Source: Aliivibrio fischeri ES114 (GTDB lineage Bacteria; Pseudomonadota; Gammaproteobacteria; Enterobacterales; Vibrionaceae). Taken from it: DNA of 32,000 nt. Location of the stretch: assembly GCF_000011805.1 (NCBI RefSeq), contig NC_006840.2. The stretch is one strand, 5' to 3'. The translations under genes were made by a program, and so were the position numbers. This document shows, one piece after another, positions 12,563 through 23,010 of the stretch (its first letter is position 1; each line of letters begins with the position of its first letter). The notes under the pieces were generated by a model that saw nothing but the letters and a program-made list of their open reading frames with translations, was not told the DNA's origin and ran no database searches.

Positions 12563-13275
12563 TTTAGAATACTCCTTGTTCTAGGAAGAAACAGTTCCCT
12601 ACTTTTTAGGGGCTTACCGCCAAGATACGGCTTTAAGGCTATACGTGTAAAGCGTTTTGCCGCTTTTAATTGTTCTGGTGTTGTAAATCGTCGCTCACTA
12701 ATGGCAATAAGCTCATTACCTTTAAAGCTCATTAAAGGGTCATGACGAATAGACGCCATAAAACCTTGTTGCTCACGGTAACGATAAGTCATTTCAGGAG
12801 AGACCATTTCACCACTACCTGCACAATGTAAGAAATCAACGCCGTAACCCATTGCTGATAATAAAGCCAATTCAAAACGTCGTAGTGCTGGTTCTGGGTT
12901 GGTACTCTGAGCTAATTCAGTTAAAGCAGTTAGATAATCAAGAAAAAGAGCTGGATATGGGGTTTCTTGCTCTACAACTCGCACCAATAATTCATTGATG
13001 TACATTGCTGAGTAAAGATTTATACCGGTAAGAGGGATGCCTAAGCTGATAGTTTCAGCTTGTCGCAGTGTACGCATGGAGCCTTTACCTGACCATTTCA
13101 TGAGTAATGGCGTGAAGGCTTGTAGTACGCCTTTTAAATTAGAGCGTTTACTTCTCGCCCCTTTAGAGATAATAGATAAACGGCCATATTCCTCGCTAAA
13201 CACATCTAAAATTAGACTGCTTTCACTATATGGTCTACGGTGCAGGACAAAACAGCGTTGTAAGCCTTCTTCCAC
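12559..13275 (-). CDS. recO: DNA repair protein RecO
   Basis: 238 aa. It starts at GTG (13275), and the N-terminus (M)[20 protein letters not shown] aligns with E. coli [20 protein letters not shown]. The C-terminal motif [24 protein letters not shown] is present. Confidence 0.93.
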   Translation of the reverse strand: MEEGLQRCFVLHRRPYSESSLILDVFSEEYGRLSIISKGARSKRSNLKGVLQAFTPLLMKWSGKGSMRTLRQAETISLGIPLTGINLYSAMYINELLVRVVEQETPYPALFLDYLTALTELAQSTNPEPALRRFELALLSAMGYGVDFLHCAGSGEMVSPEMTYRYREQQGFMASIRHDPLMSFKGNELIAISERRFTTPEQLKAAKRFTRIALKPYLGGKPLKSRELFLPRTRSILK

Positions 13276-13296
13276 GTTTCTTACCTATAAATAAGA

Positions 13297-13399
13297 GTTC
13301 AGATCGCTTCACTTGCAGATTTCAGAAGAGCCGCGGTAAGACTCGATGCCTACCGCGGCTCTTCTGAACCCTTTAAGGGAGCTTGCGACCGATCTGAAC
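13297..13399. repeat. Nested GC-rich inverted-repeat (REP/MITE-like) element in the era-recO spacer
   Basis: The inner perfect 18-bp arms are ttcagaagagccgcggta (13321..13338) and taccgcggctcttctgaa (13351..13368), with a 12-nt loop. The outer perfect 10-bp arms are gttcagatcg (13297..13306) and cgatctgaac (13390..13399). The motif tctgaaccct occurs twice as a direct repeat (13363..13372 and 13393..13402). No U-tract follows on the transcribed strand. Confidence 0.75.
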
Positions 13400-13409
13400 C
13401 CTGCTTTTT

Positions 13410-14375
13410 CTATAAATCGTCAATGTAACCTAGAGAACGAAGTGCTCGCTCATCATCAGCCCATCCAGATTTCACTTTAACCCAAAGCTCTAAATACACT
13501 TTGCGGTCAAACAAACCTTCCATATCGATTCGAGCTTCACGACCAATAGTTTTGATCTTCTCACCGTTCTTACCAATAACCATTTTTTTCTGGCCATGGC
13601 GTTCAACAAGGATCAAACCATTGATGTGGAAACCATCCATTTTTGGATTGTAATCAAAACGTTCGATTTCAACGGTTACAGAATAAGGTAATTCTTCACC
13701 AGTAAAACGCATCAGTTTTTCACGGATAATTTCTGATGCCATGAAACGTTGAGAACGGTCAGTTACGTATTCTTCAGGGAAGTGGTGAACCGCTTTAGGT
13801 AAGTATTCACGAACTAACTTATGAACTACATCTACGTTCGAACCTGTTTTTGCTGAAATTGGCACAACATCAACAAAATCCATTTTTTCAGTCATCTCTT
13901 GTAAGTGAGTCATAACGTCTTTTTTATCTTTAACGTTATCAACTTTATTCACTAACAATACTGTTGGGAATTCAGATTTCTTCAGCTTGTTTAGAACCAT
14001 TTCATCATCAGGAGTCCAGTGAGTACCATCCACAAGGAATAATACTAGGTTCACATCACTTAACGATGAGTTTGCTGCACGGTTCATCAAACGGTTAATA
14101 GCACGTTTTTCTTCAATATGAAGCCCCGGAGTATCAACATAAATCGCTTGATAATCACCATCAGTATCAACACCCATAATACGGTGACGAGTAGTCTGTG
14201 GCTTACGTGACGTAATCGAAATCTTCTGACCTAAGATTTGGTTAAGAAGTGTTGATTTACCCACATTTGGACGACCAACAATCGCAATGAAACCACAGTG
14301 TTGGTTATCACTTACTTCTGATTTTTTTTCTGATGCGAAATACGCGTCTAAATCAAATTCTTTTTCATCTGACAT
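13410..14375 (-). CDS. era: GTPase Era
   Basis: 321 aa with G1 [13 protein letters not shown]3 DTPG, G4 NKVD and a C-terminal KH domain. It carries a roughly 20-aa acidic N-terminal extension relative to E. coli Era. Its start overlaps the rnc stop (TAATG). Confidence 0.96.
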   Translation of the reverse strand: MSDEKEFDLDAYFASEKKSEVSDNQHCGFIAIVGRPNVGKSTLLNQILGQKISITSRKPQTTRHRIMGVDTDGDYQAIYVDTPGLHIEEKRAINRLMNRAANSSLSDVNLVLFLVDGTHWTPDDEMVLNKLKKSEFPTVLLVNKVDNVKDKKDVMTHLQEMTEKMDFVDVVPISAKTGSNVDVVHKLVREYLPKAVHHFPEEYVTDRSQRFMASEIIREKLMRFTGEELPYSVTVEIERFDYNPKMDGFHINGLILVERHGQKKMVIGKNGEKIKTIGREARIDMEGLFDRKVYLELWVKVKSGWADDERALRSLGYIDDL

Positions 14376-15046
14376 TAGTTAAGTTGTCCTAATGCAATGT
14401 CAGCAGCCGACTGTTCTGCCTTGCGGCGACTGCTTCCTTTTCCGATAACCGGCTTATCCAAGCCAGCCACGATACATTCAATAGTGAACTCTTGATTATG
14501 AGCTTCACCTTTAATTTTCGTTACTGTGTACGTAGGTAATGGCTTACGACGACCTTGTAAGTACTCTTGAAGACGTGTTTTCGGGTCTTTCTGAGATACG
14601 CCAGGTTCAATTGATTCAAGGCGAGTGTTGTACCAAGATAAAATAATGCCACGTACTGTTTCAGTATCACTATCTAAATAGATAGCACCGATAATTGCTT
14701 CTACCGCATCCGCTAAAATAGAATCACGACGGAAACCACCACTTTTTAATTCGCCAGGGCCTAAGTATAGGTAATCACCTAGCTGAAACTCACGACCAAG
14801 CTCTGCTAATGTATGACCACGAACTAATGTTGCACGCATACGACTCATATCACCTTCATCCACTTTAGGGAAACGGTGGTACAAATCATCTGCAACAACA
14901 AAGCTCAAAATCGAGTCGCCTAAAAACTCTAGACGTTCATTGTGTGTACCATTAGCGCTACGGTGAGTCAGTGCTAACTTAAGAAAACTTTCATCTTTAA
15001 ATTGATAGCCAATTTTCTTTTCTAAGCGTTGTAGTGAAGAATTCAT
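14375..15046 (-). CDS. rnc: Ribonuclease III
   Basis: 223 aa with the RNase III signature ERLEFLGDS and a C-terminal dsRNA-binding domain ([14 protein letters not shown]). The start codon lies only 10 nt after the lepB stop. Confidence 0.96.
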   Translation of the reverse strand: MNSSLQRLEKKIGYQFKDESFLKLALTHRSANGTHNERLEFLGDSILSFVVADDLYHRFPKVDEGDMSRMRATLVRGHTLAELGREFQLGDYLYLGPGELKSGGFRRDSILADAVEAIIGAIYLDSDTETVRGIILSWYNTRLESIEPGVSQKDPKTRLQEYLQGRRKPLPTYTVTKIKGEAHNQEFTIECIVAGLDKPVIGKGSSRRKAEQSAADIALGQLN

Positions 15047-15056
15047 ATATTTTTAA

Positions 15057-15959
15057 TCAGTCTATGCCACCGATGCGATTGAAACGAACACCAGTAGGAA
15101 TAAAGGAAGGCAGCATGCTATCGCTACCACGGTCAAATTCAAAGCTGATCCAGATCCCGACCGCTTTACCAACCAAGTTCGCTTCAGGAACAAATCCCCA
15201 ATAACGACTGTCAGCACTGTTGTCACGATTGTCGCCCATCACAAAGTAGTTACCTTCTGGTACTACCCATTCGTTGTAACCTGGTCGAGGTTGATACATC
15301 GACACACGATCTGAACGCATAGGGTTAACCAAAATATCATGCGTTGTATCTTTCGCTAACTGTTCAGTATATTGAACTAAATTAGTGCGATCTTGCATGA
15401 ATTCACTGTCTTTCATATTCGTTAATGGAATAATTTTACACTGGTCTTCACCTTTTGGCTTCACACACAATTGCTTCGATGAGCTATAAATAACGGTATC
15501 GCCAGGTTCACCTACTACACGTTTAATATAGTCGATATTTGGTTGTGGTGGATATTTAAATACAACAATATCACCACGTTCTGGTTTACCAGTTTCTACA
15601 AGTTGTGAACGCCAAACAGGATCTTTAATTCCATAAGAGAATTTTTCAACCAAGATAAAGTCACCAACCAATAACGTCGGCATCATCGAACCGGATGGGA
15701 TCTGGAACGGCTCATAAATAAATGAGCGCAACACTAAAACAATACCAATTACAGGAAAAATAGAGACAGACTGCTCAATCCACGCAGGTTGTGGCGCTAC
15801 TTTTTCAAGTGTCGCTTCATCAACTTGCCCGTTCGCTTGTTCACGTGCCGACGCAATTTTTTGCTTACGCTTAGGTGCCCATACGAACTTATCAATTGCC
15901 CAAATAACACCAGTAAACAGTGTTACTAGAACCAATATCAGTGAAAAAGTGTTAGCCAT
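15057..15959 (-). CDS. lepB: Signal peptidase I
   Basis: 300 aa with an N-terminal TM segment, catalytic Ser box SGSMMPTL, Lys box YIKRVVGEPGD and GDNRDNSADSRYWGFV. Confidence 0.95.
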   Translation of the reverse strand: MANTFSLILVLVTLFTGVIWAIDKFVWAPKRKQKIASAREQANGQVDEATLEKVAPQPAWIEQSVSIFPVIGIVLVLRSFIYEPFQIPSGSMMPTLLVGDFILVEKFSYGIKDPVWRSQLVETGKPERGDIVVFKYPPQPNIDYIKRVVGEPGDTVIYSSSKQLCVKPKGEDQCKIIPLTNMKDSEFMQDRTNLVQYTEQLAKDTTHDILVNPMRSDRVSMYQPRPGYNEWVVPEGNYFVMGDNRDNSADSRYWGFVPEANLVGKAVGIWISFEFDRGSDSMLPSFIPTGVRFNRIGGID

Positions 15960-15991
15960 TACATTCCCTTAAGTTATTTAGTGTTGCATAA

Positions 15992-16028
15992 CAAAGAAAG
16001 CGAAGACCATTGATCATCGCTTTCTTTG
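15992..16028 (-). other. Perfect 12-bp hairpin in the lepA-lepB spacer (possible attenuator or RNA-processing/stability element)
   Basis: caaagaaagcga (15992..16003) pairs with tcgctttctttg (16017..16028) around a 13-nt loop. On the minus strand only a weak U-rich tail (UUAUG) follows. Confidence 0.45.
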
Positions 16029-16081
16029 AGCTGTAATAAAGCTTAAATTTACAGAACTCTGAGGATTCAGAAATCAGAAAA

Positions 16082-17875
16082 TTAATCTTTACCTACATGA
16101 AGAATCGCAAGGAAAGCTTCTTGTGGTAATTCAACATTACCAATTTGCTTCATACGTTTCTTACCTTCTTTCTGCTTCTTCAACAGTTTCTTCTTACGAC
16201 TTACGTCACCACCATAACATTTAGCGATTACGTTTTTACGTAATTGTTTTACTGTTGAACGAGCAATAATGTGGTTACCAATCGCTGCTTGAATTGCAAT
16301 ATCAAACATTTGACGAGGGATAAATTCTTTCATCTTCTCAACTAATAGACGACCACGAGATTGTGAGTTGTCTTTGTGAGTAATGATAGCTAGAGCATCC
16401 ACTTTGTCGCCGTTTAATAGAACATCAACACGAACCATGCTTGATGCTTCATAACGTTGGAAGTTGTAATCAAGTGATGCATAACCACGAGATGTTGATT
16501 TCAAACGGTCAAAGAAGTCTAAAACTACTTCAGCCATTGGAACATCATAAGTTACCGCTACTTGGTTACCGTGGTACTGCATGTCCACTTGTACGCCACG
16601 CTTCTCTACACAAAGTGTGATTACATTACCTAAGTAGTCTGATGGTACTAAGATATTACAACGAGCAATTGGTTCACGGATCTCATCAATATCATTAACT
16701 GCTGGTAATTTCGCAGGACTATCTACATACAGAATTTCACCATCAGTTTTTGCTACTTCGTAAACTACTGTTGGTGCTGTTGTGATTAAGTCAAGATCGT
16801 ATTCACGCTCTAGACGCTCTTGGATAATTTCCATGTGAAGCATGCCAAGGAAGCCACAACGGAAACCAAAACCAAGTGCAGCTGAACTTTCTGGTTCATA
16901 GAAAAGTGAAGCATCGTTTAGGCTTAATTTACCAAGTGCATCACGGAAGTTTTCGTAATCATCAGAAGATACAGGGAATAAACCTGCATATACTTGTGGT
17001 TTTACTTTTTGGAAACCAGGTAAACGCTCTTCACACCCGCCTTTCGCGTGTGTCAATGTATCACCTACTGGCGCACCAAGAATATCTTTGATACCACAAA
17101 CAACCCAACCTACTTCGCCAGTATTCAATACATCAGTATCGATTTGTTTTGGAGTGAAGATACCAATACGGTCGATACCCCAAACTTGGCCAGTACTCAT
17201 TACTTTGATCTTGTCATTTTTCTTCAGTGAACCATTTTTGATTCGAACTAGAGAAACAACACCTAAGTAGTTATCGAACCATGAGTCGATAATAAGTGCT
17301 TGTGTTGGTGCTTCAGGGTCGCCTTCTGGTGCAGGAATAGATTTAACGATAGTTTCAAGAACTTCATCAACACCTAAACCCGTTTTTGCTGAACAGCGCG
17401 TTGCGTCTGTTGCATCAATACCAACGATCTCTTCGATTTCTTCAGCTACACGATCTGGATCTGCTGCAGGTAAGTCAATCTTGTTTAAGATTGGAACTAC
17501 TTCTAGGTCCATTTCGATAGCTGTGTAACAGTTTGCTAGAGTCTGTGCTTCTACACCTTGACCCGCATCGACAACCAATAGCGCACCTTCACAGGCAGCA
17601 AGTGAACGCGATACTTCGTAAGAGAAGTCAACGTGTCCAGGTGTGTCGATAAAGTTTAGTTGATAAGTCTCACCATCTTTAGCCGTGTAGTCGAGCGTCA
17701 CACTCTGGGCTTTGATGGTGATACCACGTTCACGTTCTAGATCCATTGAATCAAGAACTTGCGCTGCCATTTCACGGTCTGACAGGCCACCACAAACTTG
17801 GATTAGGCGGTCAGATAGTGTCGATTTACCGTGATCGATATGGGCAATAATAGAAAAATTACGAATGTGCTTCAT
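16082..17875 (-). CDS. lepA: Elongation factor 4 (LepA)
   Basis: 597 aa with GTPase motifs [17 protein letters not shown] and NKIDL. The C-terminus matches the LepA-specific C-terminal domain. Confidence 0.97.
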   Translation of the reverse strand: MKHIRNFSIIAHIDHGKSTLSDRLIQVCGGLSDREMAAQVLDSMDLERERGITIKAQSVTLDYTAKDGETYQLNFIDTPGHVDFSYEVSRSLAACEGALLVVDAGQGVEAQTLANCYTAIEMDLEVVPILNKIDLPAADPDRVAEEIEEIVGIDATDATRCSAKTGLGVDEVLETIVKSIPAPEGDPEAPTQALIIDSWFDNYLGVVSLVRIKNGSLKKNDKIKVMSTGQVWGIDRIGIFTPKQIDTDVLNTGEVGWVVCGIKDILGAPVGDTLTHAKGGCEERLPGFQKVKPQVYAGLFPVSSDDYENFRDALGKLSLNDASLFYEPESSAALGFGFRCGFLGMLHMEIIQERLEREYDLDLITTAPTVVYEVAKTDGEILYVDSPAKLPAVNDIDEIREPIARCNILVPSDYLGNVITLCVEKRGVQVDMQYHGNQVAVTYDVPMAEVVLDFFDRLKSTSRGYASLDYNFQRYEASSMVRVDVLLNGDKVDALAIITHKDNSQSRGRLLVEKMKEFIPRQMFDIAIQAAIGNHIIARSTVKQLRKNVIAKCYGGDVSRKKKLLKKQKEGKKRMKQIGNVELPQEAFLAILHVGKD

Positions 17876-17964
17876 GAATGATGTGACAAACTCAATTAGT
17901 TAATAGGATTGGATCGTGAGATCAAGTTGTGGGATTCTACCCAATTTCTGAGCAAGTCGCTATC

Positions 17965-18450
17965 TTATCGTGCAGCATTTCCCAAGTTTGTGTCGGAAAC
18001 GGGTTCTCCTAGCACTCTAAGCAAGCTAACTTGTTGTTCTGTTTTTTGTTCAATATGATGAGAAAGTCTTTTTGCTAATTGGTAACCACCAAGAGCAAAT
18101 AAAACCGATACAACAATTGTTGTTAACTCTCCAAGCCCAATCATTGGACTTAAAAACCACTCGGACAATAACGCACCAAACAATAAAAACAGAAGTGGTG
18201 TTAAATAAACAATAGCAGCGGACTGCAATAAATTCTTCTCTGGTAGGCCAATTTCAACCAATTGACCTACTGATAACTTTTTCTCAGTATGAAATGCCCA
18301 ATGATGGACTTTTCCAGGTAGCGCTTTAGAAACAATCCCTGTTCCACAAGAGTCTTTTGATGAGCAGTGGTTACAACTTGTTTTTTGTTGGCATCCCACC
18401 ACTACAATATCTTCTTGTACTTCAAGAACGGTAGCTAATGCAGTCATCAT
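17965..18450 (-). CDS. rseC: SoxR-reducing system / sigma-E regulatory protein RseC
   Basis: 161 aa with an N-terminal Cys-rich segment (CQQKTSCNHCSSKDSCG) followed by two TM helices. It is the last gene of the rpoE-rseABC cluster. The start could be either of the tandem ATGs (18450 or 18447). Confidence 0.85.
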   Translation of the reverse strand: MMTALATVLEVQEDIVVVGCQQKTSCNHCSSKDSCGTGIVSKALPGKVHHWAFHTEKKLSVGQLVEIGLPEKNLLQSAAIVYLTPLLFLLFGALLSEWFLSPMIGLGELTTIVVSVLFALGGYQLAKRLSHHIEQKTEQQVSLLRVLGEPVSDTNLGNAAR

Positions 18451-18455
18451 TTCGC

Positions 18456-19433
18456 TTACTTATCCTCAATAATAGGTTTTGATTCACTAAACACCACTGA
18501 TTCAGCAATTCGTTTAGCCGTTAATGCTGGAATATCACCAACAACACTGATTTCATAATCGCCTTTAATATAACTATGTAATGAGCGACGACCTTGGCGA
18601 ACAAGTTGTTCTTTATGACTGAGTTTATCGGCTTCTGAGATATAAACCGAAAAATTAAATAGACCATCAGAATACATCTGACTTTCTACCGCTCTTTGAT
18701 TCATCGCTAAACGATAACGGTTGAAGTGAATATTTTTAAATCCACTTGGTATCCATGTCACTTCCCATGTTGCTTTATCACTTGTCGAGCTTGGAATAGA
18801 AAGTACTTTAGGTAGCTCAGCATCACCTAATCGCTGTGTCATATACGTCGCAATTTGATCATTTACGGTATATGAAATGACACGATATTGCTCAATGATA
18901 TCACCTTCTCGACTGACTAAATCAGTTCTCATAGGTAGATGACTACGCTCATCAATCCAGACAATGTAAGAATATCGATTACCGTCTTTTGAAACAATTC
19001 GCACCACTTGAGATGCCGTACCTGCTTCTCTTGCTCTACCTACAGATACAAAATCGTAATACTGTTTTAATTGTGCAATATCTTTATGTAGAAGAGGAAT
19101 AATCGGAGCGACAATAGCTTCAGATTTTATCGTAAATGGCTTGCTACCTTGCTCTAAGTAACTAATTTCGTTGTTTCGACGAATCACTTCACGCATAGAA
19201 CCGCTCAAATAAACTAAATGAGACAGCGTCATATTCTCTGAATGTGAATGACGATACATAAAAGGTTCTATGCTACTTTTCTTAACTAAAATATAAGAAA
19301 GCTCATAATTTAAATTATGGCTAGCCTCTCCCATCAGATGCAACAAAGCCTCAGCAGAAGGTTTTTCTTCAGCTGAGGCCATTATTGGAAAGAAGCTGAC
19401 CAATGCAATAAAGCTGATCAGGATACGTTTCAT
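18456..19433 (-). CDS. rseB: Sigma-E regulatory protein RseB (periplasmic)
   Basis: 325 aa with a signal peptide (MKRILISFIALVSFFPIMASA). Its start abuts the rseA stop. Size and position match RseB/MucB. Confidence 0.9.
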   Translation of the reverse strand: MKRILISFIALVSFFPIMASAEEKPSAEALLHLMGEASHNLNYELSYILVKKSSIEPFMYRHSHSENMTLSHLVYLSGSMREVIRRNNEISYLEQGSKPFTIKSEAIVAPIIPLLHKDIAQLKQYYDFVSVGRAREAGTASQVVRIVSKDGNRYSYIVWIDERSHLPMRTDLVSREGDIIEQYRVISYTVNDQIATYMTQRLGDAELPKVLSIPSSTSDKATWEVTWIPSGFKNIHFNRYRLAMNQRAVESQMYSDGLFNFSVYISEADKLSHKEQLVRQGRRSLHSYIKGDYEISVVGDIPALTAKRIAESVVFSESKPIIEDK

Positions 19434-20051
19434 CTATTCTGCCAATGTTGAATTTTGTTCTAACAGCTCTCTATCAATCGAACCATCGTGAGCATTCAAA
19501 CGAAGTTGTAATTCATAATCTTGTAGCATCGCATTAATACGTTTACGTTGCTCCATTACATCCGCTTCATTCGACGTTTTATTCACTAAGGAATCACGCG
19601 TTAAACTCACAGGCTCAGCACTGCCGCTAAACGGAATGGTATCAAGCACTTGAATATCCCCACTAGCAGGAATTGCACTTGGTTCTGAACCGTTATATTG
19701 CTGAACACCAACAATAACAACCAACGAGAAGCAGGCAGCCATGGCTACTTGGCCAAATTGAGTTAACCAACTAGGTAATGTCTTCTTTGCTTCACTTGGT
19801 GTAGGTTGCGACGGCATAAATTCCGTCACCGTATCATTCATAGAATGAGCGGGTTCATCCTCAAGAGCGAGAGCAACGTTGGCAGCAATATTCCATTCTT
19901 TGCTGTCAGGCGCATCGCCTCTCATAACATCACCAATTAAATGGTAATTTTTCCAAGTCTCTGCATTTTCAGTGTTTGATAAGGATTCAATGAACGCGTT
20001 GTCCATCTCTTCATTATCTATAAACGCAGATATTTGTTCTTTATCAGTCAT
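19434..20051 (-). CDS. rseA: Anti-sigma-E factor RseA
   Basis: The N-terminus MTDKEQISAFIDNE...WKNYHLIGDVMRGD aligns with E. coli MQKEQLSALMDGE...WESYHLIRDSMRGD, and there is a central TM segment. The track start at 20060 is a GTG 3 codons upstream; I prefer ATG 20051. Confidence 0.88.
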   Translation of the reverse strand: MTDKEQISAFIDNEEMDNAFIESLSNTENAETWKNYHLIGDVMRGDAPDSKEWNIAANVALALEDEPAHSMNDTVTEFMPSQPTPSEAKKTLPSWLTQFGQVAMAACFSLVVIVGVQQYNGSEPSAIPASGDIQVLDTIPFSGSAEPVSLTRDSLVNKTSNEADVMEQRKRINAMLQDYELQLRLNAHDGSIDRELLEQNSTLAE

Positions 20052-20080
20052 TGTCTTCACCGTTTGACCGTTGGAAATAA

Positions 20081-20659
20081 TTAACGCTGCATTAGCGGTT
20101 GGATTTTTTTCTCAACAACTTCACGAGCTCGGAAAATACGCGAACGAACCGTACCAACCGGACACTCCATTACAGCAGCAATTTCTTCATAACTTAAGCC
20201 CTCTAGCTCGCGTAATGTAATTGCTGTTTTTAAATCTTCTGGCAATCCATCAATTGTTGAAAAGACGATCTCTCTTAACTCTTCTGACAACGATAAATTC
20301 TCTGGGTTCGTGATTTCCTTTAATGCACTCGCCCCTTCATAATATTCCGCCTCTTCTGCATCAACATCTGATGCTGGCGGCCTGCGTCCTTGAGCAACAA
20401 GGTAATTCTTAGCTGTATTGACTGCTATGCGATACAACCAAGTATAAAATGCACTGTCCCCACGAAAGGTTGGTAACGCACGATACGCTTTAATAAACGC
20501 TTCCTGGGCTACATCAGGCACATCACCACTGTTCTTTACGTAACGAGCAACAAGGTTACATACTTTGTTTTGATATTTTACAACAAGATGATTAAATGCT
20601 TGTTTATCGCCACGTTGAACACGCTCAATTAAAACTTGATCTGTTAACTGCTCACTCAT
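20081..20659 (-). CDS. rpoE: RNA polymerase sigma-E (sigma-24, ECF)
   Basis: MSEQLTDQVLIERVQRGDKQAF is near-identical to the E. coli RpoE N-terminus. The track start at 20677 adds MGVPAP and was trimmed on homology. A sigma-E-type promoter lies upstream. Confidence 0.93.
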   Translation of the reverse strand: MSEQLTDQVLIERVQRGDKQAFNHLVVKYQNKVCNLVARYVKNSGDVPDVAQEAFIKAYRALPTFRGDSAFYTWLYRIAVNTAKNYLVAQGRRPPASDVDAEEAEYYEGASALKEITNPENLSLSEELREIVFSTIDGLPEDLKTAITLRELEGLSYEEIAAVMECPVGTVRSRIFRAREVVEKKIQPLMQR

Positions 20660-20763
20660 TGGAGCGGGTACTCCCATGTTATTCTTCTTAGATGCGCATT
20701 AAGTCTACATAACGCAATAGCTTATAATGAACCAGCTATACCACGATTAACTTGAGCACTATG

Positions 20764-20791
20764 TATGAGTTTCTAATTCTTAGAAAGTTCC
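20764..20791 (-). promoter_or_regulatory. Sigma-E-dependent (autoregulated) promoter of rpoE-rseABC
   Basis: The minus strand reads GGAACTT-N16-TCATA. The E. coli rpoE P2 architecture is GGAACTT-N16-TCTAA. The element lies about 100 nt upstream of the rpoE ATG. Confidence 0.6.
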
Positions 20792-20910
20792 TTTATTATT
20801 ACATTTTTTTATCAATTTAATATATCTATATCAATCCATGGGACTTTAAAATCCTTTTTGCTGATATTTACGAACTTTTATTCTTGATATTTAAGATTCC
20901 ATTCCAAAAT

Positions 20911-20940
20911 GTGACGCAACCGGATAGATTCTGGTAAAAT
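20911..20940 (+). promoter_or_regulatory. Candidate sigma70 promoter of nadB with an extended -10
   Basis: gTGACg (20911..20916), 18-nt spacer, then TGgTAAAAT (20932..20940). It sits about 30 nt upstream of the homology-supported nadB ATG. Confidence 0.4.
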
Positions 20941-20971
20941 GATCGGATTATCACAGGAAAATGATGAATAT

Positions 20972-22591
20972 ATGAACATAACCAATGAACACAGTTGTGA
21001 CGTTTTAGTCATAGGCAGTGGTGCTGCTGGTCTTTCTCTTGCCCTTAGAGTCGCACCACATGGAAAGGTGATCGTCTTAAGTAAAGGCCCTCGAAATGAA
21101 GGCTCAACCTATTACGCTCAAGGCGGCATAGCTGCCGTATTTGATGAAAGTGATACCGTTGAATCACATGTTGAAGATACCCTTGTAGCAGGCGCGCACA
21201 TATGTGACCGAGATGTCGTTACATTTATTGCAGAAAACGCAAAACATTGCGTTCAATGGTTAATTGATGGCGGCGTTCCTTTTGATCACGATGATGAAAA
21301 AGAAACCGATATCTCCGATCCTAAATTCCATTTAACTCGTGAAGGTGGACATAGCCACCGTCGTATTTTGCATGCTGCGGATGCGACAGGTAAAGCCATG
21401 CAAAATTCACTGCAAGAGAATGTGCTTAACCACCCAAACATTACGATTTTTGAGCGCCACAATGCGTTGGATTTAATCACCGAAGATAAAATTGGTGGTG
21501 ATGCGGATAAAGTTGTTGGTGCTTATATTTGGAACCGTGATGCAGAACACGTTGAAACCGTTCGTGCCAAATTTGTTATTTTAGCCACTGGCGGTGCATC
21601 TAAAGTATACCAATACACATCAAACCCAGATGTATCTTCAGGTGATGGTATTGCAATGGCATGGCGTGCTGGTTGTCGAGTTGCTAACTTAGAATTTAAC
21701 CAATTCCACCCAACCTGTCTTTTCCACCCTGACGCACGAAACTTCTTAATGACAGAAGCATTACGTGGTGAAGGCGCTTATTTACGCCGCCCAGATGGTA
21801 CTCGTTTTATGCCAGATTTCGACGAGCGTGGTGAGCTTGCTCCTCGTGATGTTGTCGCTCGAGCTATCGATTACGAAATGAAGCGTTTAGGGGCTGACTG
21901 CATGTATTTAGACATCAGCCATAAGCCTGAAGACTTCATTCACCACCATTTCCCTACCATTAATGAAAAGCTGCTTTCATTTGGTATTGATATGACAAAA
22001 GAACCAATCCCTATCGTACCTGCTGCTCACTATACCTGTGGCGGTGTAATGGTTGATAAACAAGGCCAAACCGATATTGATGGTCTATTTGCTATTGGTG
22101 AAGTAAGTTACACCGGTCTTCATGGTGCAAACCGTTTAGCATCAAACTCACTATTAGAGTGCGTTGTGTATGCGTGGTCAGCGGCTGAATATATTATTAA
22201 AGATATGGATAAACGCGAACTGCCACCAACGCTGCCAGCATGGGATGAAAGCCAAGTTGAATGCTCTGATGAAGAAGTAGTTATTCAGCATAACTGGCAC
22301 GAACTACGCCTATTCATGTGGGATTACATGGGTATCGTTCGTACTGACAAACGTCTAGAACGTGCACTGCGCCGTATTCAATTACTAAAACAAGAAACTC
22401 ATGATTATTATAGTAATTTCAGAGTTTCGAATAACTTAATTGAATTACGAAATCTTTTAGACGTATCGGAATTGATGGTACGTTGTGCAATGAAACGTAA
22501 AGAAAGTTGTGGTTTACACTATACGCTTGACTATCCAGAGGCATTGGAAGAGTCAGGTCCAACTATTTTAGTGCCAACCAACTTTAAGTAG
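20972..22591 (+). CDS. nadB: L-aspartate oxidase
   Basis: [26 protein letters not shown] aligns with E. coli [26 protein letters not shown] and contains the FAD-binding fold. The track ATG at 20939 overlaps the predicted -10 element, so I trimmed the start to 20972. The gene is divergent from rpoE, as in E. coli. Confidence 0.93.
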   Translation: MNITNEHSCDVLVIGSGAAGLSLALRVAPHGKVIVLSKGPRNEGSTYYAQGGIAAVFDESDTVESHVEDTLVAGAHICDRDVVTFIAENAKHCVQWLIDGGVPFDHDDEKETDISDPKFHLTREGGHSHRRILHAADATGKAMQNSLQENVLNHPNITIFERHNALDLITEDKIGGDADKVVGAYIWNRDAEHVETVRAKFVILATGGASKVYQYTSNPDVSSGDGIAMAWRAGCRVANLEFNQFHPTCLFHPDARNFLMTEALRGEGAYLRRPDGTRFMPDFDERGELAPRDVVARAIDYEMKRLGADCMYLDISHKPEDFIHHHFPTINEKLLSFGIDMTKEPIPIVPAAHYTCGGVMVDKQGQTDIDGLFAIGEVSYTGLHGANRLASNSLLECVVYAWSAAEYIIKDMDKRELPPTLPAWDESQVECSDEEVVIQHNWHELRLFMWDYMGIVRTDKRLERALRRIQLLKQETHDYYSNFRVSNNLIELRNLLDVSELMVRCAMKRKESCGLHYTLDYPEALEESGPTILVPTNFK

Positions 22592-22620
22592 CGAAACCTT
22601 ACTTAATAACGACAACACGA

Positions 22621-23010
22621 CTACTTTAAGAGCACCATTAATTGATGGTGCTTTTTTTTATCTATCGCATCTGAGAATAAATAAAAGAACTGCTTAGTGT
22701 AAGCATTTTCAGCATAGATGATACTTAATGAGCGACTGCTCCACAGCATCCGTTTAACCACCCAATCACGATGGTCATCGGTATCCTTCTTTGAAAAAGT
22801 ATAACTGCCTTGCTGTTCTAATAGCTGATAATAAGTGGCGTTTAGTTGTTTATAAATGAGGAAGAAAAATGAGGGAAGAAGTGGAAATGGAATAATATCC
22901 ATCAATAATATCGCCCACCCAAAGCAGAAGTAACTGCCATTCAATCCAAGATAGGCGATATAAGAGAAGTTCAGCGTTATTTTAACGTAACTTACTGAGG
23001 TTGTGCTCAA
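22621..23010 (-). CDS. ygfX: YgfX/CptA-like small inner-membrane protein (DUF1434-like), divergent
   Basis: 129 aa immediately downstream of sdhE, as in E. coli. It has two predicted TM helices ([37 protein letters not shown]). The C-terminal pattern [20 protein letters not shown] resembles E. coli YgfX LWLAADSMDEAEWRDLRRILL. The only start upstream of TM1 is a TTG at 23010, which overlaps the last 29 nt of sdhE. The start is uncertain. Confidence 0.6.
   Translation of the reverse strand: MSTTSVSYVKITLNFSYIAYLGLNGSYFCFGWAILLMDIIPFPLLPSFFFLIYKQLNATYYQLLEQQGSYTFSKKDTDDHRDWVVKRMLWSSRSLSIIYAENAYTKQFFYLFSDAIDKKKHHQLMVLLK
22631..22660 (+). terminator. Rho-independent terminator of nadB, embedded in the 3' codons of convergent ygfX
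   Basis: Stem agcaccat (22631..22638) / atggtgct (22645..22652) with a 6-nt loop, followed by T8 (22653..22660). The same bases encode ...[12 protein letters not shown] on the minus strand. Confidence 0.75.

Noticed and set aside
13297-13399. Interpreting the era-recO palindrome as an integron attC/VCR site or as an intrinsic terminator
   Set aside because: The ends (GTTCAGA...TCTGAAC) do not fit the attC core GTTRRRY / RYYYAAC, and no integron context exists. On the transcribed strand no U-tract follows either stem, so it is not a canonical terminator.
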